A stretch of DNA of 63,421 nt, the filler included, from Licmophora abbreviata (Eukaryota), in NCBI GenBank assembly GCA_900291995.1. It is 11 parts of 11 records of this genome, joined end to end, with 100 filler letters (N's around TTAATTAATTAA, not from the genome) between each part and the next. Parts side by side here need not be neighbours in the genome. Positions count along the whole stretch, not along the records: positions 21,893 to 26,261 come from OLMU01000216.1; positions 26,362 to 29,576 come from OLMU01000217.1; positions 29,677 to 37,066 come from OLMU01000218.1; positions 37,167 to 43,367 come from OLMU01000219.1; 7 more parts are not named here. One strand, given 5' to 3'. The notes below the pieces were generated by a model that saw nothing but the letters and a program-made list of their open reading frames with translations, did no database searches and was not told where the DNA came from. This document shows, in pieces, positions 25,275 through 37,718 of the stretch (position 1 is its first letter; each line of letters starts with the position of its first letter). The position numbers and the translations under genes were made by a program.

Positions 25275-25317
25275 GCGTCGGATAAAGCGTACGGGTGAAG
25301 AAACGAGAAACGCGGCA

Positions 25318-25500
25318 ACCGCAAACGACCAACGAAGAAGCGTACACTCCAAGTTCTCTATGCATCAGATTGTTAGATATCATGGCTAAGAATAAGATGC
25401 AAGGCGTTATGGAACAGCCCCAGGATAGTTCGTTTACATCACGACGCTCGCTGAAATCAGTCCACACCAGCATGGAATTCCTCGTGCACCTTCTTTGGAA
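25318..25500 (-). pseudogene. Degenerate tandem duplicate of the PEX11 last-exon 3' end and 3' UTR
   Basis: Aligns by eye with 25509..25695 (shared accgcaaacgacc, aagcgtacactcc, catggctaaga, ggatagttcgt, gctcgctgaaatcagtccacac, cctcgtgca); indels break the frame. Confidence 0.75.
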
Positions 25501-25605
25501 TATCTGCGACCGCAAACGACCTGCCAAAAAGCGTACACTCCATTATCTCTATGCATTCGATTTACAGTAGATGCCATGGCTAAGAGTTTTAGAAGATGCA
25601 AGTCT

Positions 25606-26261
25606 CTAAGGATCAGCGTCGGGATAGTTCGTGTACAAGACGGTGCTCGCTGAAATCAGTCCACACAAGCAATGGAAACCCTCGTGCATCTTCTTGCCTC
25701 GAAAGCGCTTGTGCAGATCAACCCCAGGCGTGTTGCTGAAAACAATAACGTCACAGCAGCTCTATGTTACAAGACAAGCACGAGCAATGTTGAAGTTTGT
25801 GAGGATGACACAAAGTCGATAAAGCGCGTTGTTCGAATATGACGCCGAATGCCGCACCAGCATACCTTAAGAAGCGGGATGAAGAGGTCAAACTGCCTTC
25901 GCTTAAGGTCTTCCAGGACCTTCTGAAATTCTATTGTCTCGACACCGTCGTCGTTCGGAATACGATCCATCTGCTCCTGGAGAGGCTTGAGCTCATCCCG
26001 CTGAAACATCCAGTAGGATCTCGCAGCAGTCGCGAGACCCGCGATACACCCCGCAAAGTAGCTCCGGGCGGCAAATCTGGACGCTTCTGACGACATTCTA
26101 CTCCTTCGCTCTCCTCTCTCCTTCGATTCCAAGGAGTAGTCGTCGAGGAATCCGGACGACGCGATGAATGACACGTTGTCTGCTGCCCAGAAGCCGAAGA
26201 GTCCGACCATTTTCAAGGCCGCCCCAAAGACTTTCCATGCTGGAGACTTGATTGGACTCGG
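25606..26261 (-). CDS. PEX11: Peroxisomal biogenesis factor 11 (C-terminal part)
   Basis: LKMVGLFGFWAADNVSF; intron 25762..25865; last exon SCCDVIVFSNTPGVDL..GFHCLCGLISASTVLY. Confidence 0.75.
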
Positions 26262-26361
26262 NNNNNNNNNNNNNNNNNNNNNNNNNNNNNNNNNNNNNNN
26301 NNNNNTTAATTAATTAANNNNNNNNNNNNNNNNNNNNNNNNNNNNNNNNNNNNNNNNNNNN

Positions 26362-26586
26362 GAACGAGTTCCGTTTCAGGGCCAATAGTTGCTCTTGAGC
26401 AGTGAGTGGATCTTCGTACGCCTCGTCGCTCCTCTTGATCAATGCGTCCGGACCTTGGTTCTCTTCGGCGCCGTGCTCATTGCGAAGGTTCGAACAGATT
26501 GTGTCGTTTGTTCGTTGCTCCGCCAGAGAGACATTTCTGGTAGGTTCTTCTCCCCCAATAGTAGAGGCAGAGTTCGGGGGTGACAT
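26362..26586 (-). CDS. N-terminal fragment of a hypothetical protein, possibly the PEX11 N-terminus across the linker
   Basis: ATG-initiated open frame MSPPNSAS... running into the linker on the same strand as PEX11. Confidence 0.45.
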
Positions 26587-27142
26587 AACGATACACAAAG
26601 GAAGATCACTAGGTCCAAGGCACACTACCGGGGACAATCGATAGTAGCAACAAGCAGCCTTCTCGTCAGTTCGTCGGATGATGTTTGACAGCGTCAAGGG
26701 TGACGCGTGACGCGCCAAATTTGGAAATTGGAATTCGAAGCGCAAAGATAGATGACACGCAACGCGATGGTTTTCGGCGCGCGCTTTTTCTTTCGTGGTT
26801 AGTATCGGCGCTTCCGTGTGTGTGCGTGGTGTGGGCCGGTCATCAATTCCAATCGACTTGCGCGTTCGTCGTCCAGAACAAGAGCCACTCCTGGGATTCG
26901 CTAGTGCACATGTACATCAATTTCCCCTTTGTATTCTAAAAGTAGTCTGCTTTGATAGCTGTGATTGATTTAACATAGTTAACGTGTACTTCTGTATCTC
27001 GAACGCCAACAGACGATACAATGCCATGTTGACTCTCGAGTGTGTATTATGTCCAAAATTAGTCAAGCGGTTGCTCCAGCACATCCGTGTGTGTAAAATG
27101 CGCTCGGCCCGTGTTCGACTTTCCATCGCGCATCCTCTTCTC

Positions 27143-28289
27143 CTAGCCTACGAAATGGGGCGTCACTGTCACAGCGGCCGTCGGCTCCGACTTGGCGTGA
27201 TACCCGCCGCCATTGTGCTCACCTTTGACCGGCGCCTCGTTGTGATTGACGTGAATCATGCCACCTTGTATGGGAAACGCAACATTGTCAATCACAACAT
27301 ACTGACCGCCTGCATCTATGCCTCCCATGGTTCCGAAAACCGGCACCATTCCCGTTCCGTTAAATCGCGGAGAACATCTCTGTGGGAGCGGGTAAGAGTG
27401 CCCCGACGCAAGCATGACCTCAGCGAGCCCGCTCGTCATTTTAGTAGCTGGGACTGATGACGCTTGATGCATCGACTCATCAGAGCCACTGCCTCCCGAA
27501 TCTGATGGATACAAGATTGGTTGTGAGGGCGCCGTTGGAGATGGCGTTATGTATGTTGGTTGCTTGGCCGATGAAGCCGAAGCAAAGTTTGGGAACTGAT
27601 TCGTCTGCTGGATGAGCTGAGGTTGTGCGTGCACCGTAGTGGTAGTATCTACGTGATGCATCGGTCGGACCGTGTGCACCGCAGCCGATGGTGGCATGGT
27701 GACGCCGGCTCCGACAGCATGCGACACGAGTTCGGCCCGGTACTTTTGGAAGAGCTCCGGCGTCACGTGCAAACTAAAGTTGATCCGAAACAAGAAGTCC
27801 ACCTCGAGACCGTTCATTTCGGAAACCAGCACACCTCCGACTTTGGCGTAGTAAGCATTGTTGTAGTAGGCGTCGTCAAAGAACTTGGCGGCGAGCAGTA
27901 TCGCTGTAATAACGACGCGATGCACGTTGAGTTCCGTCAAAAGAAAGTTGTTTCGCTGGATAAGGCGATCGACGTAGATGAGCGCCAAGACATAGCACTC
28001 ATTCGAGCAAGAGGCATACTTGTGGATTCTGACACGAGGCAGAGCGTACAGATTGTCAGTGCATGTCTTCATTCGGTCGTGAGTCCTTTCTGCGCAGCAC
28101 TGCGACAACGTACCGTTCCAGATATTGCTCAATCCCGATTCCAGGAGCTTTCAGCGCGTGAAACTTTGTGACCTGGCCTGGATCCGCAACTGCGAGGGAA
28201 GCATTCGCTCCGACAAGACGTTCGAGAACTGCCGCCAAGACTTTCACCAACGCCGCTCCTTCGGCAGTTTGTTCCGGTGTAGTTTCCAT
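27143..28289 (-). CDS. P/U-type (PHO80-like) cyclin
   Basis: [56 protein letters not shown]; intron 28029..28113. Confidence 0.93.
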
Positions 28290-29418
28290 TTTGACTATCC
28301 CCAGTCAAAAGGAAGTAGCTTATTCAAATAGATGGCGCTTCACGCAACCGACGTGATATTTACTTCAAGTGCGTCATGTTTCCCTTTCAATACAAATGCT
28401 TTCGTGTTGTGTAATACTGTGTTCTGACGATGAATCAATCTTACGAACGCGTCCAAAATGTGTGGCGCGGATTCCAAAGGAAGAGGGATTCTGATGACAA
28501 TAAATGGGACAACGCACGGCATAAGTAAGAAATATCCAAGCGTGATGTCACAGCGAGCTCGACAGAACGAGTGGTAGCGATTGATCGGGATCCTGTGGAC
28601 ACAAGCTTCTTTCACAAGCACTCTTTGACGTCGACAAGCAGAGGGACGACACCCATCGTCATGCCTTAACCAGCGCTCGCTTTATAGAGCGCGCAAAGTA
28701 TTGAAAACAAGCCACTTGCGACTGACACTCGGGATGCGCCCATTGGTGGCGATGGCTCGACACACGGAATCAAGAATCTTTCTTCCCAAAGCGCAACGTC
28801 ATAGCTCGGTCGATTCGTTTAGTCAGTACAATTGCTACGTAGCTTTCTCCTTGAAGCCGCAAGTCGGAAGATTCCGATTCCCTGGCGTCTTTCCGCCAGC
28901 CGACAAGCAGGCAATTTGTGGGAAACAAGGTCGTCGGCTCTTCCCCAGAAATGACACCCAAAGGGCTTCGTTCTCGGCAGTCATGCTCTAAAACGGTCGC
29001 TGTACACATACCTGACTTATGTTGTCTCCAAATCCCGGGTTCTCTCGCCTCTTTGCGAGATAGATGGTCGAAGAGACGCGGAAGGATGATGCGGATGACT
29101 GGTGTGCGATTTCTGAGGCGACGAGCGAGACGAGAGAGGAAAAATCGAAAGGCGAAGAAGCTACTAGCTTGGCTTCTACGTACGTAGATTCTACGGCACT
29201 TCCTGGTACACACTCGCGGAGTTCTGACGTCGTTCTTCTGGGTTATGGGCCTAGATCTTGCTAGCTGGAGATCGGAAGCAATGTGCACACTCCGGGTTAT
29301 AGATGCGATATTCCTTTTTCTCAACTTGAAGACTTCGCATCAATCTAGCGATTGAAGATACGACCGTCACTTGTTTTCGCCACTGCCTTCCATCCGTCCA
29401 AAGTCCCACACGAGCAAG

Positions 29419-29824
29419 ATGCCAAAGTTGAACCACATTGTTCTTTTCGAATTCTCGTCGGCGGCGACGAGAGATCAAATCGAGACACTCATGACGGAGC
29501 TGCGCGCGCTGACCGCCATTCCCTGTGTGACGAACGCCTCTTGTGGTCCAACCGTCACTAACGATCGGAACAAAGGNNNNNNNNNNNNNNNNNNNNNNNN
29601 NNNNNNNNNNNNNNNNNNNNTTAATTAATTAANNNNNNNNNNNNNNNNNNNNNNNNNNNNNNNNNNNNNNNNNNNNATATAGTCATGTGTTGGTCGTCAC
29701 GCTGGACAGTCCCGACAACTTGTCCGTTTACGCAAACCACGAACTTCATCAAAAGGTTTTCAAAGAGAACATCAAGCCGATCATTGAAAACCTGATAGCG
29801 ATGGACTATGAGGTAGTAGAATAA
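29419..29824 (+). CDS. Stress-responsive A/B barrel (Dabb) protein, split by a linker
   Basis: HIVLFEF at the N-terminus; removing the linker gives an in-frame RNKGYSHVLVV..VYANHELH..IAMDYE*. Confidence 0.88.
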
Positions 29825-30574
29825 AGAGTGACGGTGTTCATGCGTCGGCATTTGTTCGTGCGATGAAACTGGATGCTGATCAGATCTGGTATTGGAGTCG
29901 AGTAGGGGAGTCGGACAGGTTGGAAGCTTCTCACTGCATGACACCCATCACAAGGCATTTCCTTCTTGACAATTTCTGTTCAGTTATGAGAGAAGCTCCA
30001 GTAATTTTCATGTATAATATGCTTGCAGGTTCAACTCCGAACCGGTTTGGCATAAAGAAATAAAGAGGATAGCTACCAAGTAGACTAGCGATCTTTCGAT
30101 CTTTCGTACGACGTATGCAACATATTGAAATATACTCGAAGGGGCTAGACATCTGTGCAACGACTGGTCCAATGTACAAGTATGCAAAGTCAATGAGGCG
30201 ACCGTTAGGCCCACTTCTCTGTTCTAAGGATCCAACATGAACGTCGAGAGTGTTATAAGAAGCATGCATTGGACGAACTTCAAACTCTTTGACAACAACA
30301 TGTTGTTGAAGAAGACAAGCTTCCTGAAAACTCCCGATTCCTCTCGCGTGATGGGTCTGTGCGGTCTCCCACAAGGACCACGAAATTTTGCGCGCCGCAA
30401 TGAATGTCTGACGTCTGACACACAACATCCTCGGCCATCATCGCGACGAAGGCTATAATCCTCCAACTCTCTGCTTAGGTCCTGTCATTGAAGCCTCGTA
30501 GAGCCTCGTGACTGCCTGCACTGGTACAAGCATAATTCGACAAAGAGAGAATTCGAATTTGGGAAAGAAACAGC

Positions 30575-32699
30575 ATGAAGTTGGAGATTGCCATCGGCAT
30601 GTTCTTGTTCGTCGCCGCTGCCCGACGGGCCACTGCCTTTGTGCCGTCCTCAAAACGACTGCTCAGTCGAAGCATCGTGGCACAGTCCAGATCAGTGTCT
30701 GATTCTCTGACGAAACGACCGACGTTCTCTCGACTCATGTCAGCCGTCGCCGAAGAAACCAAGACGTCAGAAGATCTTCAAGAGGAACTGCCAACGAACG
30801 AAAACGACGACCAACTCCTGCGGATTCGTCATTCATCGGCGCACGTTATGGCCATGGCGGTGCAACAGATCTTTCCTGAAGCTCAGGTTACAATTGGGCC
30901 CTGGATCGACAATGGCTTCTACTACGACTTTTACTTTCCGGAGACCACCGATAGCGCGACGGGCGAGACGATCCCGTCACGCAAGTTGACTGATACCGAC
31001 TTGAAGCAAGTGAAAAAGGCAATGGATAAGATTATTTCCAAAAATTACCCCATTACTCGCGAAGAAGTCACAAGGGAAGAAGCAGAGCGTCGTATTAAGG
31101 ACATTCAGGAACCATTCAAGCTAGAAATTCTCGAGCGCCTGGAAGAGCCGATTACGTTGTATCATATTGGTGAAGAATGGTGGGATCTCTGCGCTGGACC
31201 TCATGTCGAAAGTACTGGAAAGATACCTAAGAAAGCGGTAGCTTTGCAGAATGTTGCTGGTGCCTACTGGCGAGGGGATGAGAATCGGGAAATGCTGCAG
31301 CGAATCTACGCGACCGCATGGAAGGATCCCATGCAACTTAAGCAATACAAGAAGATGGTAGAGGAAGCTAAGAAGCGCGACCATCGCATGCTAGGACAGA
31401 AGCTGAATCTCTTCTCTATCCAAGAGGACGCTGGCGGGGGACTTGTGTTTTGGCATCCCAAAGGGTCAGCGGTTCGTACCTGCATTGAAGACTTCTGGAA
31501 GGAGGAGCACTCCGATAATGGGTACGACATTGTCTACACTCCCCACATCGCCAACCTGAACCTCTGGAAAACTTCAGGGCACTTTGACTTTTACCGGGAT
31601 GGAATGTTTCAACAGATGGAAGTCGAAGACGAAGAATACCAGATCAAACCGATGAACTGTCCTTTCCACTGTCTCATGTACAAGGACCAATTGCGCTCGT
31701 ACCGCGATTTGCCGATTCGATGGGCCGAACTGGGAACCGTGTATCGGTAAGCTGCGGACTGTTTTACATGATACAATGGAGATTACCAAAGCTCAGTTTG
31801 TCTCACTTGATTTTCATTCCCACAGCTACGAGCGGTCTGGAACGTTGCATGGACTCATGCGCGTCCGAGGATTCACACAGGATGATGCTCATATCTTCTG
31901 TCTTCCCGACCAGTTGCAAGACGAAATCGTGCAGGTACTTGACTTGACAGAGACAATTCTGTCTCGCTTTGGCTTTGACAAATACGATATCATGCTATCG
32001 ACGCGTCCGGAGAAGTCAGTCGGTTCTGACGGAATCTGGGACGCGGCAACGACGGCTCTAGAAGGTGCGCTCAAGACCAAGGGCTGGGACTATAGTATCG
32101 ACGAGGGCGGTGGAGCGTTCTACGGCCCCAAGATTGACTTGAAGATTCGCGACGCGATTGGTCGCCAGTGGCAGTGCTCGACGGTACAGTGCGATTTCAA
32201 TTTGCCCGAACGATTCAACCTGGAGTACGTCTCGGCAGAGCAAACGCGAGAGCGCCCCATCATGGTACATCGCGCTATCTTTGGCTCGGTGGAGCGGTTC
32301 TTCGGCATTCTGGTAGAGAATTGTGCAGGTGACTTTCCACTGTGGTTGGCGCCCACGCAACTCAAGCTCCTGCCTGTGACGGATGCCGTCCAGGACTTTT
32401 GCAGCGAGGTAGCCAAGAAGGCTGCCAAACAGGGTATCCGTGTGGAAGTGGATCGCGGCAACGAGCGACTGGCGAAGCAGATTCGTAATGCGGAGCAACA
32501 GCGTGTGCCAATCATGGCAGTCGTCGGTATGAAGGAGATGGAGACGGGTACGCTAGCTATTCGAAGCCGAAAGGAGGGCGACCTGGGTTCGTTCACTGTG
32601 AACAAGCTGTTCGACGAGCTCACCAGTTGTATTGACGTCGCGACGGAGATGGTCACAAAAGGCGACGTAGAGGAAGAGGCTGAGGGCGAAACGGAATAG
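30575..32699 (+). CDS. thrS: Organellar (bacterial-type) threonyl-tRNA synthetase with bipartite presequence
   Basis: ATA-FVP presequence; [52 protein letters not shown]; intron 31747..31825. Confidence 0.96.
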
Positions 32700-32882
32700 A
32701 GTCAGACGGTCGCAAGTGAAGAGCTGGGCATCTTTTGGAGTTTACGGATGCCGGTGGTCATATAGTCTACCTGGTGGCTGGAGTACTACGGGAGGTAGTT
32801 AGCTCCTCCAACGGTGAGGCGTCGTGGCTCTACAATAATGCCGTGAAGTGTTTCCAAACTAGTGGTGTCACATATTGAATGC

Positions 32883-33513
32883 TTAGTTACTCGACTGTTT
32901 CTTTGCTTGACTTCCCTCTCGGAATCCATTCTTGAATCGACGTGAAACGGTCTTCATGTAACGCATACGGCCCGTTCCCTGGGAGCGACGACGCTTAGCC
33001 TTTTCACCCCAATTGTAGCTACGCATTTTCTTATTGGGGTATCCACAGGAAGAGCAACGGCCTTTTTGGATGTGATAGGAGACCTTTCCACACCGACGGC
33101 ACGCCGTGTGAGACTTATTGTGCCTCTCTCCAAATGAAGTGGTACCCTTGGTCTGTAGGAATCAAAAATAAAGTAGAAGGAAGAGAGTTATTAGACGACG
33201 CTCGACTGATGCGACTATAGTGCACTAAAATGCGGCGGTATCGCATCGAGAAACGAAAGTTGAAAGACGACGACCATCCCGAAACATCCCCGTCGAAGCC
33301 GGACTCCGCCGTCCTTGATGGCTAGAGTCGGCACTGCAACGGGTCATGAGACGGCGGACAAACGAGGGCGTGCAGAGAGCCACGACGATTTCTCGGAGCC
33401 TTGACCATTCGCACCGCTTTCTTTGCCTCAATGATTGCAACAAGACTCTACTCCAGCCTGAGTCCATACAGAAGCTGGAGAAACCTCTCATAACAGCGAC
33501 AAAAACGCACCAT
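32883..33513 (-). CDS. RPL37: 60S ribosomal protein L37 (eL37)
   Basis: Manual translation of 33152..32883 gives [39 protein letters not shown]...[17 protein letters not shown]. The ATG-only exon 1 at 33511..33513 (followed by GTGCGT) is the best candidate but is inferred. Confidence 0.95.
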
Positions 33514-33709
33514 CTTGCTTCTATTGGTCGACAGCAAAGTGTGTCGCAGCTTGTGCGGCCTTCCAGAATTCGTCGTACTCAACTGCGTAGAAAGTTAGGA
33601 TCAAGTAAGTGGTTTGGCGGTAATCGGGAAATCGACCCCATCGACTAAACCTGATGGTTTTTGCCGCGCACCATGGGCAAAAGATTCGAAAGATCGCTGC
33701 TCGAAGACC

Positions 33710-34967
33710 ATGACGCCCTTGTTGTGTATCGCTCGCTCTCTGGCAGCAAAGAGGGCTGTTCTGAGGACAGTCCTACCTGCTACTACCTCTCGCCACCTCA
33801 ACATTGCCGCGAGACCGTCTGACTTGGTCGGAAACACGCCGCTGCTCGATCTCAACAAGATCTTGGAGCAGCACGGTGTCGATGGTGAGTGCGCACAGTC
33901 CAGTCGCATCTTGGAGAGAAACGGACTCAATGCGCCACTCTATCTCACCTTTCGACTCTTCCTACATGTCTGTAGTCAGCAATGGCGTTCGGTTGGTCGG
34001 TAAACTTGAGTCCTTAGGGCCGTGTAGCTCCGTCAAAGACCGCCTCGGCAAGAGCATGATTGACGAGGCAGAGAAACAAGGCCTGATAACGCCTGGGAAA
34101 ACCACGCTGGTCGAACCTACTTCCGGTAATACAGGTATCGCACTTGCCTTCATTGCTCGAGAGCGAGGATATCGTTGCATTCTCACCATGCCAGAAACCA
34201 TGAGTATCGAACGACGCATGATGCTCATGGCTTTGGGAGCCGAAGTCGTTTTGACGCCTAAAGAAACCGCTGTGCCTGGAGCTCTGGCCAAGGCGAATGA
34301 GATACTGGAAGAATTGGGAGAGGGAAATGGATATATGCTTAATCAGTTTACCAATCCTGCCAACCCCAAGGTCCATCGAGAAACGACGGGACCCGAAATT
34401 TGGAGAGACACGGACGGACTCATTGACATATTCGTCTCGGGGATTGGTACGGGAGGCACCGTGACTGGCGTAACGCAGTTTATCAAAGGATCCAAAGACT
34501 TTGGGTTGCCTCCGCTCAAACCAGAACTGCAGACCGTTGCTGTTGAGCCGATGGAACAGATGCTCGTGACGGACGCCAAGGGCGGCGAGAAGCTTGGTGC
34601 GCAAGGACCTCACAAGATTCAAGGCATGGGCGCAGGCCTTGTTCCTGATGTTCTTGAGTTGGATATATTGGACGAAGTTGTCCCCTGCCATTCCGATGAT
34701 GCTGCGAAGGTAGCAAATGATCTGTGGATGATTGGATTGCCAGTGGGAGTTTCGGCCGGCGCGATCGTCCATGCCGCAACGAAAGTATGTGCGCGACCCG
34801 AATCGGCCGGAAAGCTGTGTGTCGCCATTATTCCTTCTCACGGCGAAAGGTATTTCACACACCCAATGCATGCTGAAGTCAAAGAAAAAGCAGAAGGCTT
34901 GGTCAAACAGCCGCTCCCCGAACCATTCGACAATACGGAATACGGATTTGCGACTCCGCGTGGATAG
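33710..34967 (+). CDS. cysK: Cysteine synthase (O-acetylserine thiol-lyase), probable mitochondrial presequence
   Basis: VGNTPLL, SSVKDR, EPTSGNTG, GIGTGGT, HKIQGMGAG; intron 33885..33975. Confidence 0.95.
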
Positions 34968-35124
34968 TGTGCGACGGATGTGCAACAGACGACAATGTAT
35001 TGAAGAGTACAGTATGGTAGCGGACACCACAGTATTATATTATTCTACGCGTTTGAGCATAAAGGTGTGTGTGCTATGCGTTTAGTTGTATGAAAAGAAC
35101 CATGACAGTCAAATGCTGATGCGT

Positions 35125-37056
35125 CTACTTGGTCAACAAGGCGTTCGAATACTCCATGGGGCACTGCTCAGTACGAAACGTTGGGAGAAAGTCATCCGTC
35201 GGCTCAGCTAGTTTCTGCCGGATCAACTCGGACTTTTCTTTGGCTCCTTGTAACCCCATCTTTCGAATAACGTCTAGCGTTTGCGTCTCCCCCAACCTCA
35301 CGTGAGCAATTGTCCAATTTCGACTCTGGTACGCATTCGCGTTGAGCTCACGCACTTTGTTGAGCTCTGTTTCCTCGTCTGTCTGATAGTGCATCAGCTT
35401 TATGCCTGTCAGTCTCGCCAAACACATGAGTGCGCGAAACTCCAGCTCGTCAGAGTCGGGTCCGACAAAAGTGATCTCCGTCTCGTTCTTCAGACCATCC
35501 CGTAGCCGTTCGACTGCGGTACCGTTGAAGTCTTCGTGGTGCAGTGCGATGAGTCGACAGGTGGAAATAATGTTTCGACCATTGAAACCAAGCTTGCGTT
35601 TATGGAATCTAGGAGGCTGCAACGGGATGGGTACCTCCGTCGTCTTGCCTGGTCTTGACATCTCGTTGCGAGGTCCCACATTGTAGATCCAACGCTCTGG
35701 CGTGTTGGCGAGTCGAACGAGATGTTCCAACTTGAGCCGTTTCAGCTCAAACGCTTCAGGCTGCTTGTCCGCTTCAACACACTCTGGGTAACCATCATCA
35801 AATGCTAAGTATCGAACCATCACTTGCCGCATGGTCTCTTTCAATGCTTCGTCTGGTCCAGAGAATGGAATGTAGGAGAACTGTCGTATTCCAAAAGCCT
35901 GTGGCTTATGCATCGCTGCAATACTGGCCTGCGTATGGCCGCTCCCATCGCCATTGACGAATCCAAACTTCGCAAAAAGATGAGAGTCAGTGTATTTACC
36001 GTAACTGTCCATTACTTCGTATCCTCCGGGGATTCCCCCCGACGCGGCTCGGACGACAAAGGCACGTTTGCTGTTGTCATACCGCCACTCGACATTCGGG
36101 ACGGCGTGGTGATTGTACATGTCCAGCAAGGGTACCATGGCGTGACAACCTAGCTTCAAGTCGACACCAGCTTTGACTCTGTACATTTCAATTTCGTCCT
36201 CGAACGACAAATCAGCATATGCCCCTTCCTCGTCGCCTGCCGGCCCTGTGCCAAAACTACGACTCAGTACATGGACGCGCATTGTCTTGTAGTCTTTCTC
36301 GCTGACTTTCGACGCAAAGGAAGTTGAAACCTCGGTAAACGCTTGGTACTCGCTCGCTACCATCGCTTGATATCCCATGGCCACGGCGTAGCTACTCGAA
36401 CGACTTTCCAGATCGCTCAAGTCGTCCAACGTCCAAAGTACCGGATGGTACTCTAGCAACTCTTCGTAAGTAGGAAGAATGTTCAAGTAGGAACGCATTG
36501 AATCATGCTCCGCTTCGATTTGAAATCGCAGCGCAAGATATGCCGCCAGGAATGCTCCGCTCTCTAATGGGTTCTTGGAGTTGGCGTGTCTCGCATCGAA
36601 CAACTCTTGTTGCACAAACTCATCCCGCATGGCATCCAAATCCCATAATTGAAGGCTTCGGGGCACTTGCAATACGACTTCCCCCTTGTGAATGGTTCTC
36701 AATGCTATCTGGGTACGTCTCGAAGGCAACAACGCGGAATGACAGTACCCTTTCTCGTCGCGACACACAAAGTAGTGAAGGAACTTATGTACTTCGGTCC
36801 AGTCCTTGCGCGAGTAATAGAAGCTTCCAACGATTGCAAGAACAGCACCCAGAGCACCGGACACCCAGGAGGAGTAATTGATGGGCTTCTTTCTTTTAGA
36901 TCTCGACTGCAAGCTGCTCTTGGGCGGTTTCTTGAGGAGTGTAGGAGCAGAGTCAGTTCTGGTATTGGTGGACGACTTTGCGCCCTCGCGAGTGTGTCCA
37001 TAAGAGCCGCTGGTGGATTCAGATTCATTGGTCTTTTTACGATTCTTTCCCGTCAT
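35125..37056 (-). CDS. SET-domain methyltransferase (SETD3/LSMT-like) with an N-terminal membrane anchor
   Basis: IHKGEVVLQVP, VLSRSF, MVPLLDMYNH, DSYG, LFAKFGF; hydrophobic stretch near the N-terminus. Confidence 0.85.
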   Translation of the reverse strand: MTGKNRKKTNESESTSGSYGHTREGAKSSTNTRTDSAPTLLKKPPKSSLQSRSKRKKPINYSSWVSGALGAVLAIVGSFYYSRKDWTEVHKFLHYFVCRDEKGYCHSALLPSRRTQIALRTIHKGEVVLQVPRSLQLWDLDAMRDEFVQQELFDARHANSKNPLESGAFLAAYLALRFQIEAEHDSMRSYLNILPTYEELLEYHPVLWTLDDLSDLESRSSSYAVAMGYQAMVASEYQAFTEVSTSFASKVSEKDYKTMRVHVLSRSFGTGPAGDEEGAYADLSFEDEIEMYRVKAGVDLKLGCHAMVPLLDMYNHHAVPNVEWRYDNSKRAFVVRAASGGIPGGYEVMDSYGKYTDSHLFAKFGFVNGDGSGHTQASIAAMHKPQAFGIRQFSYIPFSGPDEALKETMRQVMVRYLAFDDGYPECVEADKQPEAFELKRLKLEHLVRLANTPERWIYNVGPRNEMSRPGKTTEVPIPLQPPRFHKRKLGFNGRNIISTCRLIALHHEDFNGTAVERLRDGLKNETEITFVGPDSDELEFRALMCLARLTGIKLMHYQTDEETELNKVRELNANAYQSRNWTIAHVRLGETQTLDVIRKMGLQGAKEKSELIRQKLAEPTDDFLPTFRTEQCPMEYSNALLTK

Positions 37057-37718
37057 GATGGTCGATNNNNNNNNNNNNNNNNNNNNNNNNNNNNNNNNNN
37101 NNNNNNNNNNTTAATTAATTAANNNNNNNNNNNNNNNNNNNNNNNNNNNNNNNNNNNNNNNNNNNNCTGGCTCTTCCAAAGCAATACCATGGAGTAGGTC
37201 TACCCGTGGTAGGTCGACTCGTCGTCGAAATTGAAATGGCCGGCGATTTCAGAATGGCGGGAAAACTCTTGCAATATAACCGTACCGCGCGCAGACAGCC
37301 ATCTTTTTCGCCAGACTGCACAGACAGACTGACAATCTCAGAGAATGTCGTTTTGTATACTAAATGCATCGCAAGTTGCAGAAAGTCAGCTGTCTTTCAG
37401 AGACATCAATTGAGAGGCGGGCGCGACCAGGCGTCACGACGGCGTCACCTCCAAGCTGTTTTGATGTAGATGAAGTCTTCCTCCAAAAGATACTGTATCT
37501 TGTGTTGTTGCATTCTGTTCGTTGGCATCACAATCTTCTTTCCCGCTGAACCTTAGGCAACGCCGACGCAAAAGTAGATTCGAGACTGCGATCCTCTCGT
37601 CCGCTTCGAATCCTCTGTCGCTGCAATCCTTTCCTGACAGCGTACTTCGATATCTTGACATCAGTTTGAGTTCTGAAATTCAGAATTACGAGCGTACCAG
37701 ACACACAGAACCTTCAAC

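Noticed and set aside
25390..25695. Duplicated structured ncRNA (riboswitch, ribozyme or U1-like) suggested by the AGAAGATGCA..TGCATCTTCT stem
   Set aside because: The sequence translates as the PEX11 last exon; TPP, hammerhead and U1 core motifs are missing.
32940..33150. U5-like snRNA (gccttttcac) and ACCCCAAT/ATTGGGGT hairpin
   Set aside because: The region is the RPL37 coding exon on the minus strand, and the loop does not match GCCTTTTAC.
34014..35030. Long antisense ORFs over cysteine synthase (similar ones over NNT, PRK, MATE and SMC5)
   Set aside because: Shadow frames of well-supported genes, produced by codon bias.
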